In this document: positions 12,587 to 24,813 of the stretch, piece by piece
Position numbering within the stretch: position 1 is the first letter of the stretch
Layout: each line of letters starts with the position of its first letter
From: Menidia menidia
Lineage: Eukaryota
Assembly: GCA_048628825.1 (NCBI GenBank)
Contig: CM109626.1
Location: 16,957,077 to 17,021,076, forward strand
Direction: 5' to 3'
DNA: 64,000 nucleotides
Program-made: the position numbers and the translations under genes
Notes under the pieces: generated by a model
Told to the model about the DNA's origin: nothing
The model's database searches: none
What the model saw: the letters and a program-made list of their open reading frames with translations, nothing else

Positions 12587-15500
12587 CTAAGAAGGTAGAG
12601 AGTTTTCAAACTAGAGAAATACAGGGGGGAAATTCTGTGTATTTCCACAAGAAACGGGATGTTGGCCACACAACACTGGACAATTTATCGTCTATGCAGA
12701 GCTATAATGATAATAACCTCGACTCTGTTGAATGATATAAAGTTTTATCATGACATAAAATTCACAGTAGCCACTTTGACCCTGCAAGTCTGTGCAGGAT
12801 TAGTGTATTTTTTGTGAAAAGGCTGTGTGTGTGTCTACTATATTTAACATTTTTAATACTTCCATAGTGTTTTTTGCCCAACATTTAATTAAACTGCATC
12901 TGAGAATTTGGTCTAAGTTTATCACTCAATGCTAAATTGCTCTGATTTACAGCTTTAACATGATGGTAGTCATGACACAGCAATTCAAAACATGTGTGTT
13001 TGTGTGTGTGTCATTCATTTTATACATATACATTTGAGACGCTTTTCTAAAGGCAATTTGAAAAACTAGCCAATCCAGAAAAACATTTTTTGTAACCCAA
13101 AACTACTTTCTCAGTTACATCTCAGGAGTGGAACACGTGCAGAAAAGCAGGACTTTGTAAGCATTGTGTCATTTTGTCCCTCTACAGTTTTTGGGCATTC
13201 ATTGTGAAACTGCACTGTGGACCGGGCAGTGACTTCTCACCGGTTGCTTATTGAATGAATAAAATAATTGCTCAGATTATAGCTGGGAGGGTTCGAGAGG
13301 CTGAATTTGAAGTATTTTCCCATCGAGATATAACAGGAAAGAAAAAAAAAATAGCTTTGAGGTTGAAGAGTGAGTCAACTCCTTTTAGGTTTGTTGCAAA
13401 TAACAGGGTGCAATACAAACCTCTGCCTTGTATTTATTAGCTGTTAGATGGGCATTACAATGGGAAAGCATAACTATGAACATGGACTGCACTTATAACT
13501 CAGGTTCAGATACAAACAGAAGTTCAAAGCTAAAACGTTCTCACCTAAATGAGATCCATTTACAGGAAGCCCTGACACAGCTCTAGCTCTTCGGGTGCCA
13601 GGAAGCAGGCGCCCGGCTCTCTTTGACGAGCAGATCACAGCGAGCTGCGCTCACAGACATTTTTTTTAAGTGTTTCTAAGAGCATGCAGGCATTTCCATA
13701 ACAAAGTAATGCCTGTTTCTAATGTAGCGCCGAAAGGCCGAAAATAATCTTATACCGATGTCGCCAGCTCCTCTGAGAATTTTTGGGGATATCACGAGCT
13801 GGAGATGAAGACACGTTCTGTTGTCACAGTTTAATGTTGAGCAACATTTTTCTAAAATTCCTCCTGCAGTTTTTTTTTTTAGCTCTGTGCCCACTTTTTA
13901 CTGGGCTGTTACCAATTAACCTAATTAGTTGCATCATGTTGGAGCTGCTTTGTTTGCCAGCCCTCTGCTGCCTCCATCCCACATTCTTTTTGACGCGTTG
14001 TTTTTTTTTAAATGGAAAAACAGCATAATGTTTTCTGTGTTCAATGGTGCTGAAACAGCGGTTCACAAGTCCTGCACATTGGTTTTTTTAATGACAGTTT
14101 TTCAGTGTTATGTTGTGTGAATTACCATGTAAAAAAGGCTAAAGGACACTGCTACAGCCCCAGCTGAAAACGACAGTAAAATCTTCTATTTTTCGTCATT
14201 CAGGAAACCTGGGCCCTCTTTTATTCGTTTGTATTGTTTCAAACTTTGTTGTTTCCTCAACAACCTGATAATTTGAGCCATGAAAAACTATTTGTTTAGG
14301 TGTAGATGACCTGTGTAAGACATCTTCTACTACAAGTTTATTAAAGAACAAGTCACGTCTGTTTATTTTAAACTATAAATTTAGAAATGAAACTTCATTA
14401 TGATATATATAATTTCTAAAAGAAATCTTAACTAAAGAAAATTAAAGAAAAACCCTTTAGGGTCAAAGACTATTTCTATACACGTATAAGACCCCATATA
14501 GGGTTAAAAAAAAGCCTTCCTTTATGAATATCTTTATTAGCATCTTCTTCTGATGATCCAAGTTAGTTCCAACAATAAAAATACTGAAACATTCAGACTC
14601 AGACAACAGAGGCTGTGACAGCGAGTGGAAAATAACACGTGTGTCTTTTCCATAAACACGTTTATTGACAATAACGTCATCCATCTTCCTCCCTTCCCGA
14701 TGAGCTGCAGCCTCTCTCTTTCAGTTCACTTTTCGTCACATGCCGATTCTTTACGCGTTTACCTTGTTGGGCCAGACTATAAACAAAACTGTCCGTTTTC
14801 AGCTAGCACGACTCAGCGGCCGCTTGTGTGTCTCCCGGGTTTTTGAACAATAGAGCTCTGCTCTGCAGCAGCTGTTGCTTTTGGTGTCTTGAAACATAGA
14901 GAATATCGTCACTTCATGTTGTCACTGGGAGACACCACCACTCGGTGGATTTGAAAGACTTTGGCCACTCGTGTTTAGCACCTGTCCACGTTCCGAGCTG
15001 GTAAAAAAAAAAGGCAGAATTCATTAACAAACACTGCCTGCTTTCATGTGAGATATTCGTTTTCCATGGCGGCACCAGGAATGACCTCATTCACATCTTC
15101 AGGTCTGAGAACTTTATGAAAATGAAATCACAGAGCTGAAGTAAGTCGAGTGTGGCCAGTGACTAATTTTTGGTGTTGGTGTTGATTTAATATTAATCCG
15201 TTTGCAGGCGACTCCTCACTGTAACACATTTATGAGCTGGCAGAGGAGAGGGACGCCATAATGAAGTAATTCAGTTAAGCAGGGAGTGCGTGTCCCTGAG
15301 TGAAAACTTCTGAATGAATTATTAATCTGTGTTGTGGGTTGGTGACAGCTGGGAATAACAGAGTGACTCCCTCTTGGGGATGGCCATTTGGCTCAGAGAA
15401 GGAGGTCATCACGGGACAGACGTGAGGAGCCGCGCTTTCGAAGAAGGAGCGATGACAGAAGGGATGGAGGGCGGGATCAAAGGCCACCGCTGGGAGGGTT

Positions 15501-17605
15501 AACGCCACGGGGGCCGCCTTTGTCTTCTCGGGTAATCAAAAAAATGTTTTCAAAGTGAGAATGATTCAGACGGAGAGCACCTTTCTGGCCTGGGGATGAA
15601 ATAACACGCGCGTGCTTGTGTCTTTTGAGCGATCTCCAAGCAAAACCGAATCCCCACTGACCCCGAGAGGAGCAACAATTCTCCTATGAATGAGTATATC
15701 TATCACTGTTTTCAACATGGAAATACACCCAAATCTCTGCAGTGATGTTGGGAGAACACATTTGGTCCTTTGGTCCGTAAACGGGACCTGTGACAGCATC
15801 CTGTAGAGTTGGAGGACGGAAACGTGACTCACATCGGTGTTTCCACATCAGAGCAGACGTCATTCTTTAGAGTTTTTATCTGAGAAACCACAGAGAGCTC
15901 AGTTGGGAGCAGGAGGGGCGTGCGGCACTTTCAATCCGTCATGACGCATGTTTGAGACTAAAATTTGACCCTTTTTTCTCCACTGACTTTTGTTTAGTCA
16001 ACATTACCACCCTTTAAAGTCTGAGGTAGAGAGATGACTTTGATATGGGGCATCCAATGTAAAAATAAATCACACATGACGTTTTTTGGAATATTTAACC
16101 AATTTCTTTAGATTTAAGAGGAAAATTAAACTGAAATACCAGCATAAACAACAGATTTAAAACGTGGAAGGTATCCGGTATATTAAATATAAAGCCAAGA
16201 AGTGTTTACATGAAATATTTATGTTCTACATTTGGATTTAGGTATTGTAACAGATTTAATCCTCCTTTAATCCTCCTACTGCTGCTTAGTTCTGCTTAGT
16301 GGGGTAACTTAACGTTCACAAAGATGAAATTAGAAAAACCTTTTGTTTATCTAAATTGTGTCCATGATTATCAGGGATGGTTTACATCCCTATGGTTGAT
16401 TCACTTTTTTTCAATTGAAAAAGAAATTGCAAGAAGGGGAAATAACAGATTTTTAGAAAAGCCAAAAAAAGGTGTTACACCTTAGGAAATAATTTAAAAT
16501 TCTACAGCCTAGGAAATCATTCTGAAAACTTTTTGAAAACACAACAAAATACTCTAAAAGGCTCTCAAGCAGCCTGTAGCCATTTAATCCCAAATTTGCC
16601 CCTGTATGTGTGTCACTCCGTAGACCTCTCCAACACTTTTTTTTAACTCATTTTTTTCATTTCATGTTAGTTCAATTTGGGAAAAGGGAGGTTTTCTACA
16701 ACTGTTTCCTTTGGGAAACATCAAAGTCTGAATTTTTTCATTTGGCCAACTTGAATTTAGAACAAATATGTGTAACACACCACAACTGGGGGTGGTGAAG
16801 CGCTGTAATCCCTCCATTACATCAGGAACTCCTCTCCCTCAGTAAGCACCTCTGAACTTTTCTAACTCCTTCACACCTGTTAAAGTGATGTCACGCAGAC
16901 GGCGCTATCTCACTGTGCCGAGGGACAGATAACCTCATCAGATCACTTCATCAATAAGGGCTAATTGAGGGGGAAAGGTTATCACGCGTACATGTACACC
17001 CTGGAGGAACTTCTGCGTGTTCAGCCAGACCAGGAATCACACTTGGCCCCTGTCCAAAGTCCACTCTGCTCAGTTTTTGCCGGTCTGATGCAATGACCGT
17101 CATAGTTCTTACATTTACTCTTCTTGGATAGAAAAGCGCACACATCAAAGTAATTTTCATTATATCCGAAAAGACCATTAACAACATATATGTACGAAAT
17201 ATTTCAGTTGTATCTGTTTATTAATAACCTCTTAAGTTCTGTATAATGCAGCTCATTAACCGGTTACCATATAATTCAGGTATTTGCCTACTTACTTATA
17301 CCATTTTGAGCCTGGGCATTTTCATCCAGAAGTGCAGACAAAATAGACCTGGTCATGTGACCATCACACCTCTTACATGTGTGTATTTGTTATATATTCC
17401 TCAGATTTCTGCCAAATCTAATGACTTTTGGTGCTGCAAGATTATTTTTTTTGCTAACCTGTACAGGCCCACTTGTGTACACTACTTCACATATTAAACA
17501 CGTTAAAGCAGTAAAAACATTTGACTTTTGAAAAGCCAACCATTACGAACGTCTGTGATAATTTAGTGGTAAAATGTGTAAAAATGTTTATCACAGTGGA
17601 CTCAC

Positions 17606-18499
17606 CATGCACTTATTGGGCTTTTCTCCAGAGTGAACCCTCATGTGGATGAGCAGCTTGTAGCGGGCGTTGAAGGGCTTGTGTCGGCGGATGCAGCCGG
17701 TCCAGAAACAGGCAAACTCCTCCCCTTTGCGCTGGTCGATGTGCACCTTCTCGATGTGCCTCACCAGCTCCTCCTGACAGCCGTAGGTGGCGCTGCAGTC
17801 GATCCAGTGGCACGACTGCTCCTGCTGGTCCAGCGTGGGGCTCTGCCCCAGCGGCCCGGGGGAGTGAAGAGGTGACCGGGTGCCGTCCTGACCGCTGTAA
17901 CCCTGCAGGGACTGGCCCAGATGGAAGAGTGGCCCCTGCTGGCTGCTCATCTGAACTGGCTCCCTTTTGCACGGTGTGAAATCATCTGCCGGCTCCTGTT
18001 TGATCGAGCAATACTCCTCCTGTGGATTGTGCTGCTGCTGCTGAGACACTTTGTGGTGGTTATCAGAAGCAGGCAAGCAGGAGGTCAGAGGTAAAGAGGA
18101 GGAGGAAGTGGAGAGGGAGGACGGTGGAGAAACGAAAGACGGAGACGTGGCGCAGTTGGTGAGCATGTAGGGGACGGGAAAGGAGGGCTGAGGGAAGCAG
18201 CTGAACCTCTGGGCACCGTTTCTGGGGTCTGTCTGAGCTTTGCTGGCAAAGTCCTCCACAGTCTTTTCTAGGTGGGGTGCCGCGGTCTTACAGCTGAGCA
18301 GCGAGCTGAGGTCACATCCCAGAGAGGACAGGGACAGCGAGGTCCTGGAAAGGCAGCAGAGGCCTCCTGAGCTGATGGATGGCTGGCAGAAGCCACCGGA
18401 GGACAGAGGCGCCTGAAGATCCTCGGCATCTTCAAACACGCTCCCGAAACCAGGAAGAGTCAACTGCACATCTGGAGGACCGAGGTCAGGGGGCCACAT
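17606..18499 (-). CDS. GLIS-family zinc finger protein, 5' coding exon. It carries a Ser/Pro-rich N-terminal region plus C2H2 fingers 1-2, and the first in-frame ATG is at 18499.
   Basis: The 308-aa ORF on the minus strand ends ...CHWIDCSATYGCQEELVRHIEKVHIDQRKGEEFACFWTGCIRRHKPFNARYKLLIHMRVHSGEKPNKCM, which matches GLIS1/GLIS3 finger 1-2 sequences recalled from memory. The donor is ATG|gtgagt at 17606/17605. In-frame stop codons lie upstream of codon 18517, and the first ATG is at 18499-18497. Confidence 0.7.
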
Positions 18500-20089
18500 A
18501 CCGGCCCCCACTAACACCAGCAGATTTTAATAATGGTGATTCTCCGAGAGCAACTGTAGGACTCCACCGGAAATTAAACCATCCACCACTTCTTTTAACA
18601 CTCAAAAGTAAATTGATCTGATGGATTAGAAGCAGCTGGCATCTTTTGGAGGAGCAATCTTCTGTCTTTTGTTCCCAAGTAGCCGGTCATCACTGGAAGA
18701 CTGCGGGAAAAAGACACCAAGGCAACTGAGTCCTCTTAAAAGACAGGAACACATTTCTGAATTTGTAACAGCAGTGTTTATGTTGGCTGAATTTGTTCCG
18801 TGTGTTCAAATAGCAGAAGAAAAGCTTCTGGTTTATAAAGATGGCGAATAAAAAATCCATTCTATAGAGATACACTAAAGGGTGATCACGAGAGCCTTAT
18901 ACATGCAAATAGTAAATAGTAAGTCAATAAAGTTTAACAAAGGTAAAACAAAATCAAAGACACCTATTATGGGCTGCACACGAAAAGCCCTCTGCTGTTT
19001 TTCCTCATGTCACCAGAGTCACCAGAGACATCATTTCCAACTACCTGACAGGACAAATGATCAACATCTGTCCAAAAGGACACATCTGGTCAGTGCAGAG
19101 GGGACAGGAATGCAAAGGTTTTATGAGAAGGGAAAATGCACAGATATGGAAAAATGCAAAGAAAGGATATTATCTTATGTTTTCTGAAATATTAAAGGAG
19201 ACGACTCTCTCTAACCTGTGCTGACTGGAGTATCTGTTTGACGTCAGAGTTGTAAAAGGTGTATTAAAACTGAGACATTAAGGTGACAAATCAGAGGAAA
19301 TGAGCTGAAAGAGCATCTCTGTTAGAACCCCTTTCTTTACACTATTTCTTCAAGCTGAACAGCCAGCCATCCTGATCCGTGTCCCTGACAGATTAATGCA
19401 GGTTTAACATGTGGAAACAGTTAAAAAAGAAGTTGTCCAACATTCACAAAGGATGATGCAGAAGAAGCAGATGGGCCCTCTTTTCCTTCCTGCTTTACTT
19501 GGAAGGCAACACACGGGATGCTGCAAAGTTCAGACAAAGGAATTTGCTCTTCACTCCTCATTTTCAAAGTGATACATTTTACTGATCTCCATCACCAGAC
19601 GTCTTACAACAGGAGCCACGGTGCGTTGAACTGATCCTTTTCTCCTTCAGGTGTGACACCTCGCACACTTTCCACCATAAATCAGCATAAATCGAGTCAG
19701 AATTCACTACGCCTGAACTGACCAGCAGAGAGACTCTGTAGCAGGATTTTTCTTCTGCCAATCAGGATATAAAATGGATCTAAACAACTGCATAAGATTC
19801 TTTTTGATGAAGTTTGAAGTAATTTTTCATCATTCCCGTCTTCTGCCACCTTTTTATCTTTTGCTCTACATAATGTTTAGCTTTTGTGCAGAAAGAGTCA
19901 TAATGAAACGAAACAAGACAGCTATAAAGTATCCGTGTCATTTCCTGTCAGGGAAAGACATTTTCTGCATTATATTAAAGACATTTTCTGCATTATATTA
20001 AAGGTTGCTAAGAAACTAGGCCTGCCATGCTGAGGAAATCCCTTCTTGTCTGACGGTGACGCCGTCATTTCCACTCTGACTTCAGTCGT

Positions 20090-20330
20090 TAGCAACTAAC
20101 GGACCACAGTGACCGGCGGGGAAGGTTCTGGATGGAGTGAAACCCCCCAAAAACCCGAAAGCCCGGGCCTCTGGTGGCGGCGGGTGTGAATTGGAGCTGA
20201 CTCGTGGAGGCCACCCTCGCAGCGAGCGTCCAGGTGCTCTGTGGCAGCCGACCGGCTGAAACCCGCTCCAGATGCTTGCTAACAGATGAGACATTGTGGG
20301 CCACGTCTCGCAGCTCACCACTGATGCAAC
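20090..20330. promoter_or_regulatory. CpG-rich island about 1.6 kb 5' of the GLIS coding start on the minus strand. It is a candidate promoter or non-coding first exon.
   Basis: The stretch is GC/CpG-dense (ccggcggggaagg...cccgaaagcccgggcctctggtggcggcgggtg) within otherwise AT-rich intergenic sequence. Confidence 0.25.
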
Positions 20331-21840
20331 AGCCCTGCTGTGTGAAAGTGTTTTACTGGTTTTCTGGACTTGATCCCTGGCTTTTTTCTTCTTTTTTTTT
20401 TTTCTTTCTTTTTTGCAAACTGTCCAGTATTGATGATCTAATTCACAACCGGATTCCAGCTATGTGTAATTAGTCAACCCAAAGCTTCAATGGGATTTTT
20501 TTATTCTGATGGTGATTTCAAAGGGATGAGTAAGTTCCCCTTCAGCAGTTATATTAGCTGATGAGGGAGTCTCTAAATGTAGGTTCAGGCCCAAAGTTTC
20601 CTGGTATAGTCTGGTTTATAGTTTTATGATTCTTCCCGTAAATCGCTGGAGTTCCCCCCACCGGAGTCATGTAACAGACCAGTCATGGGAACTGTGGTTG
20701 GCTCTTAATTAGAGAGGCTGCGACGTGTCTGTGTGTGAAGGAGCTCGGCAGTATTAATGACACTCGTGTAGCAGAAGTGGTTTGGTGCGGCTTAAGTATG
20801 ATAATTGCAGCCACAGTACCTGCTGGCCCCGAGAGCTGAAACCAATATTAGAGTTTTGAGGGCAAATAAAACAGTCAAAGAAAAATAATTGCCTCGGCGC
20901 TCATCATCACGTGCCCTCTGAAATAAAAGTAAGAAATCCAGCAGTGAGTGCAGCTGCGTCTGTTCTCCAGAAAACACTTTGGTCCCCGTCCAAAAAGAAG
21001 ACTCAGACAGTGAAACTAAGAAAAGTGACCCGCAAAGCCTCTGCCGGGCCAGAGAACGTTATAAAATAGCAGCCTCATCTCATGTGGTGTCTTTTATAGA
21101 CTCACTTGCTGAGGTTAGCTAAACACAGCTGTGGCATTTCAGCACAAGCAAATGTGTACTTATCTCAACAATAAGCACTTTGGTTGTGCAGTTACAAAGT
21201 TTTTTTCTGCGCTTTTCGGTTCAGCTGAAACGTGGGAAAGATAACCTCATTCAAATGAGGAGTGTGAATCCTAGAGAACATACGTTTCAAATTATGGTCC
21301 TTATAAAAAAAAAAAACACTCAGGATTCATGTTAGAGATGTTTGACAAAAAACAAAAAGAAATGTTTGAAAATCCTGGAGAGTGTCACTACAGACCAAAT
21401 TACAGTACAATATATCTACATATGATAATAATATATTTATAAAGAAGTAAAGACTCAGGTTTCCTTAAAATATTGAATATTTTCTTGCTTCTTCCTTATG
21501 TTCATCCAGATTCCTGCAGCTTTACAAGCTGCACTGATCAATGTTTAATGTGCTCCGGACAGACAGTTATCGCCCAGCAGAGAACAGCGAGGCAGCCGTT
21601 TGTCTTTTCAGATGAAGTTCTCTCAGTATTTTTAAGCTTTTCAGTTTTTATATGTCATTCATTTTGTATCTGCATGTGTTTTGTTTTGCGGTCAATTTTT
21701 AGACTTTTTTTTTTTTATTAACTTATTTGTGCCGACTTGGGTTGCTGCCTACATTGGCCTGAAAACTCTTGGAAAATAAAACTTAGAATCTCAAGAATTT
21801 TTCTATTTCTTGGTTATCTAGTTATTCTTTTTTCATGCCC

Positions 21841-21905
21841 GCTTCATACCAGGTCGTGGGGGGGTTGGAACCCGTCCCAGCTGCCATTAGGCAAGAGGCA
21901 GCGTA
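21841..21905. repeat. Fragment of a widespread teleost interspersed repeat (core ggggg.tgga.cc..cccagctg.cattgggc.agaggc.g.gtacacc). A second diverged copy lies at 31058-31115.
   Basis: gtcgtgggggggttggaacccgtcccagctgccattaggcaagaggcagcgtacacc matches gggtcctggggggctggagcctatagtgggtgattggtgggatacacc at 31.07 kb and a motif I recall from many fish genomes. Confidence 0.35.
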
Positions 21906-22267
21906 CACCAGAAACAGATCAGTTCATCAAAAGGCCGATTAAGCATGTACACTCGCTTTCCTATATAAATACAGGTAAATATGTTTTAAATCCCTATATA
22001 AGGACATAATCAAGCCAAGTTGTGAACAGACTGCCACACAATGAGGTCAGAACGTCTTTGAATATCCAGCAAGGGTTTGATTTGGATCTTTTTAGATGCA
22101 AGTTACTGTCACCAAACAGCATGGGAAGCTGATTGAGCCCCATATATTTATCATAATAGGCTTTGATGTTGATCATAGATCTGATTTGTTACCCTGTCAG
22201 AGATTATTGTTTTTCTTGTAGATTACATTTTAATCATTTTTTAAAATATATTTGAAAGCCTGTTTGA

Positions 22268-22288
22268 AATAATAATAATAATAATAAT
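22268..22288. repeat. (AAT)7 microsatellite.
   Basis: Read directly from the sequence. Confidence 0.9.
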
Positions 22289-24469
22289 AGTAAGTATTTT
22301 TCTGGGTAAAACTCCCTCCGGGTTATGGATGTTTCCAGTTTGGACAATATGCGAAGGATCAAAATCCCATAAACTCGTCTGAATCGACATTAAAGAAACA
22401 GGTTTCATAACTGTGTCCCGTGTTTTTAGAACAAACAGAAGAGACCAGAAACGGACAGAGCTGGCTGAAAGCTGAGAGTTTACACTTCTCTGAGTAGGTC
22501 CTCCACCTTCAAAACATGTTAATCCTGGTAAATCAACTTCTTCTGGCATGTGTTGTGAAAATAAGGTCGTCTTTGCTTTTCCAAGGGAAGCGAAATGTCT
22601 TGTGCTTCACCAACAGCAGCCTGTTCGTCATTCTAACAGATAAACACGTTCACACCCAGAAAATTCACCACACATTTGCACAAGAGGCTCCTCACTGGTT
22701 TAATTTGCACAGCTTTGTCTTTCTGAAAATTTTCCGGAAAAAGAAATCTGTAAAAAGAAAAACGTTTGAACGTGTACCAGCGCGTGGCGTCCTTCACGGT
22801 CTGAATCTAGCTTCAGTTAACACATTTTCCCAGAGTGACTTCATGACCACAAAGCAGGCAAAGTCTCTAAGAAATGCAGTGATAGACATCCATTTGTGAT
22901 TCATACTAAATAATATTAGCAGCAAATATGAACCAACCTTAGCCAAAAACAGAAGGGAGTGTTTCTTAATCTTGTTCATTTAGGAAATTGTGAGATTATC
23001 ATTGCTTGTGTGTTCTAATTAAGTTCTGAGAAAAAGAAAACAGACTTCTAAAATTTCCTTGAAAGACTTTGCAGTGTAGACAAATATTAAACATATGTAC
23101 ATGTACATATGTTTAATACGTGTTTTATAACAGCCGCTGGCTGCTACATATCCTCCTCATTACTATAAAAGCAACAAACTGGCTGAAAAACAAAAGAAAC
23201 AAGGTGTTACGACAACTGCTGTTACAGGGCGTCAGAGAGTCAACACTCAGGGCTTTGATAAAGAAAAACCGCCTGGAAAGTTAAACTAAACTGCAAACGT
23301 CAGTATAAATACTGTTCAACCCTCATTCAACAGAAACTTTCAGAAATCACCTGAAGCTAGTTTTTCTGTTCGGTTTAAATAAACTTTTCATTATGACAAG
23401 TGTACACTTTGATACAATGAGGTGAGTATTCACAAAAAGGACTCCGGAGTGAGAGGGCTTTCAAAACTCCACACCTCAAGTGGGCCAAGACCTCAAACAG
23501 GAAGTCAAACCGATGACAGACGATGCAGAAACACCTGAGGACGCCAACAGCGGAGTGCTCTCACACCCCAGGGACATTCGAGCCACTGACGGCTGACCGG
23601 TGCCACCTCCTCTCTGCGTTCCAGTCTCCCTGCATCCAACTCCGAGCGAAAAAAGGCTGCTGAGCGTATTTTTTCCAAACAGAAAACCCCCGAAGCATCG
23701 GCCTGAGCGATCGGCTTAATGAAGGGAGCCTAAAGATGGAGCCCATTTAGGTGACGAACCGCCGATGTCTGTGGAAACACAGCTTGAAGCTGAAGAGAGG
23801 AATGCTGAAGCGCACCGCAGGACCCCAGCAGAGGAGGTGATTACTCTTCCATCCCTGTATATAAAGAAATGCCGGCGGGAATAAGTAAAAAAAACCTGAA
23901 CAAGAGGTGAGCAATCAGTCAAAGACGAGGATGCGTGGCGTGTTGTTGGCATTGCGAACAACCCCACGGCTCAAGTCGTCACGGTGGTCTCGAGGCTTCG
24001 GGACATAAGAAAACACGACCAAACTCAGAGGCAAAGCTACAAGCGGCAGAAACTACGAGGCAGATGTGAAGTGATGCGCTGGGACGGAGCTGCTGTTGCC
24101 ATGGTGACACATAAAGTAACTGAGGTTGACCTCGTCAGAGCTCCTGGAAAATGAGCTCACGCACACCAAAGGTTTGCTTTCAATGTAAAAGTGAACTGAT
24201 TCACAGGCAACTGGGTGGCATTATTCATGAGAAGAGAATCTAAATGAGTAATACGGAATTCAAAAGGCCCAATAAATCTGGTAGAGTAAGCTCAGTCATC
24301 CTGTCAAAAGTTAGTTTAAGCACCACTGATAAAACTCCTTATTTTAACACAAAAAAGGGTCAGTCAAAAGTAACAGGAAAACAGTTTTGTTTCGGAAACT
24401 AAAGGGAAAACTTTAGTTTCTGAACACCCAGCAAGTAATAGGCAAGGACATCTTTCTTTAACATGGCCG

Positions 24470-24813
24470 CCACACTGAAAGCCGCCATTTTGGATCAAGG
24501 GGCAAGTTTTTCCACTGGGAATGTGGTCACATCACATCTTACAGAACTGTCTCAGAAATCGATGACCGCTATTTGAAATATCTCTTCTGGTTCAAAAGTC
24601 AGTCGAAGAAAGTGGCGGCGGCAGCCGGGGTCATTACCTGTGACGCCTAGCTTTTTGGCGTGTTCAGCACCAGGGACAGCACACAAACCCGTCAGCCGGT
24701 GGCATCCATTTCTCAGACAGTATCAGTCTTCTCTGATATGCCACGTGACCTCCTTCCCATTGGAAAAACCTGCCCTTGATCCGATATGGCGGCGTTCAAG
24801 ATGGCGGCCATGT
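24470..24813. mobile_element. Palindromic non-autonomous DNA element (MITE-like), about 345 bp, with terminal inverted repeats of about 60 bp.
   Basis: The left arm aacatggccgccacactgaaagccgccattttggatcaaggggcaagtttttccactgggaa is the near reverse complement of the right arm ttcccattggaaaaacctgcccttgatccgatatggcggcgttcaagatggcggccatgtt. Confidence 0.5.

Noticed and set aside
17613-17972. ORFs 17613..17972 (minus) and 17633..17875 (plus) overlapping the GLIS exon.
   Set aside because: They are alternative-frame and antisense reads of the GC-rich zinc-finger exon. The GLIS frame is diagnostic.
20082-20330. Possible structured ncRNA in the GC-rich block (gttagcaactaacggaccacagtgaccggcgggg…).
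   Set aside because: I found no match to tRNA A/B boxes or to 7SL, 7SK, RNase P/MRP or snRNA sequences I can recall. A CpG-island promoter for the GLIS gene is the better explanation.
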